DNA of 64,000 bases. Source: Malacoraja senta. Taxonomy: Eukaryota. The DNA lies in contig JAXLNO010001468.1 of the NCBI GenBank assembly GCA_038087875.1, positions 62,001 to 126,000 on the forward strand. The letters run 5' to 3'. The position numbers and the translations under genes are program-made. Each line of letters opens with the position of its first letter. The first letter of the stretch is position 1. The notes below the pieces were generated by a model that saw nothing but the letters and a program-made list of their open reading frames with translations, was not told the DNA's origin and ran no database searches. Positions 63,634-64,000 of the stretch are shown here, one piece after another.

Positions 63634-64000
63634 ACAATTTATATTTCTTCAACATAACAACTAATTGTTTTTCCTCACATTGATCTTTGTGAGAATGTGC
63701 TGCACCCCTCAGATTCCTATTAAGTCTTTTCCCCTACACATTAAACCTATGGTCTCTGGTCCTTGATTCACCTACTCTGGGCAAGAGATTATGTGCATCT
63801 ACCCGATCTATTCATCTCATGATGTATATTAATGATTGTTACAATCATAGATTATTGCAATGTATGATAATCACCATGAGATGTGGGTTTAAGTTTTTGT
63901 TCAAGGAATTAGGCACAAAAAGCTAGAAAGTCTCTCCAGTCCTGTGCCAAAGGATGGCAGCAGTTAGTTACACTTTCACATAAGTTGTTAAATTAAAGTC

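Larger units (their letters stand above)
51080..64000. repeat. ~1.31-1.34-kb tandem array (Ig exon + intron with old CR1 and Penelope fragments), running off the right edge
   Basis: Exon spacings 1314, 3412 (includes the Penelope insertion), 1313, 1312 and 1340 bp; intron sequence resumes at 63634..64000. Confidence 0.95.

Noticed and set aside
51080-64000. Tandem array as a CRISPR array or a pure assembly artefact
   Set aside because: Units are ~1.3 kb and eukaryotic with no spacers. Unit-specific SNPs, indels and single-unit TE insertions argue against artefactual duplication, although exact copy number needs read support.

Overview
Vertebrate genomic DNA, inferred to be a cartilaginous fish (skate/ray-like) from HE1-type V-SINEs and HER1/CR1-type LINEs. 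Most of the window is transposable elements: two full-length and several truncated L1s, at least seven CR1 pieces, two DIRS1-like elements (one with intact ITR/ICR ends holding a nested CR1 that itself holds an L1), a Penelope element with a hammerhead-like motif, PIF/Harbinger-type MITEs, and three GC-rich SINE-like elements that share a covarying hairpin. The only host gene supported is the 3' part of a VCAM1-like Ig-superfamily gene on the minus strand (about 50.5 kb to beyond the right edge). It has a TM/cytoplasmic exon, one decayed Ig exon, and six near-identical, splice-intact 264-bp Ig exons in a ~1.3-kb tandem array. All family assignments come from motif recognition by eye; no database searches were run.
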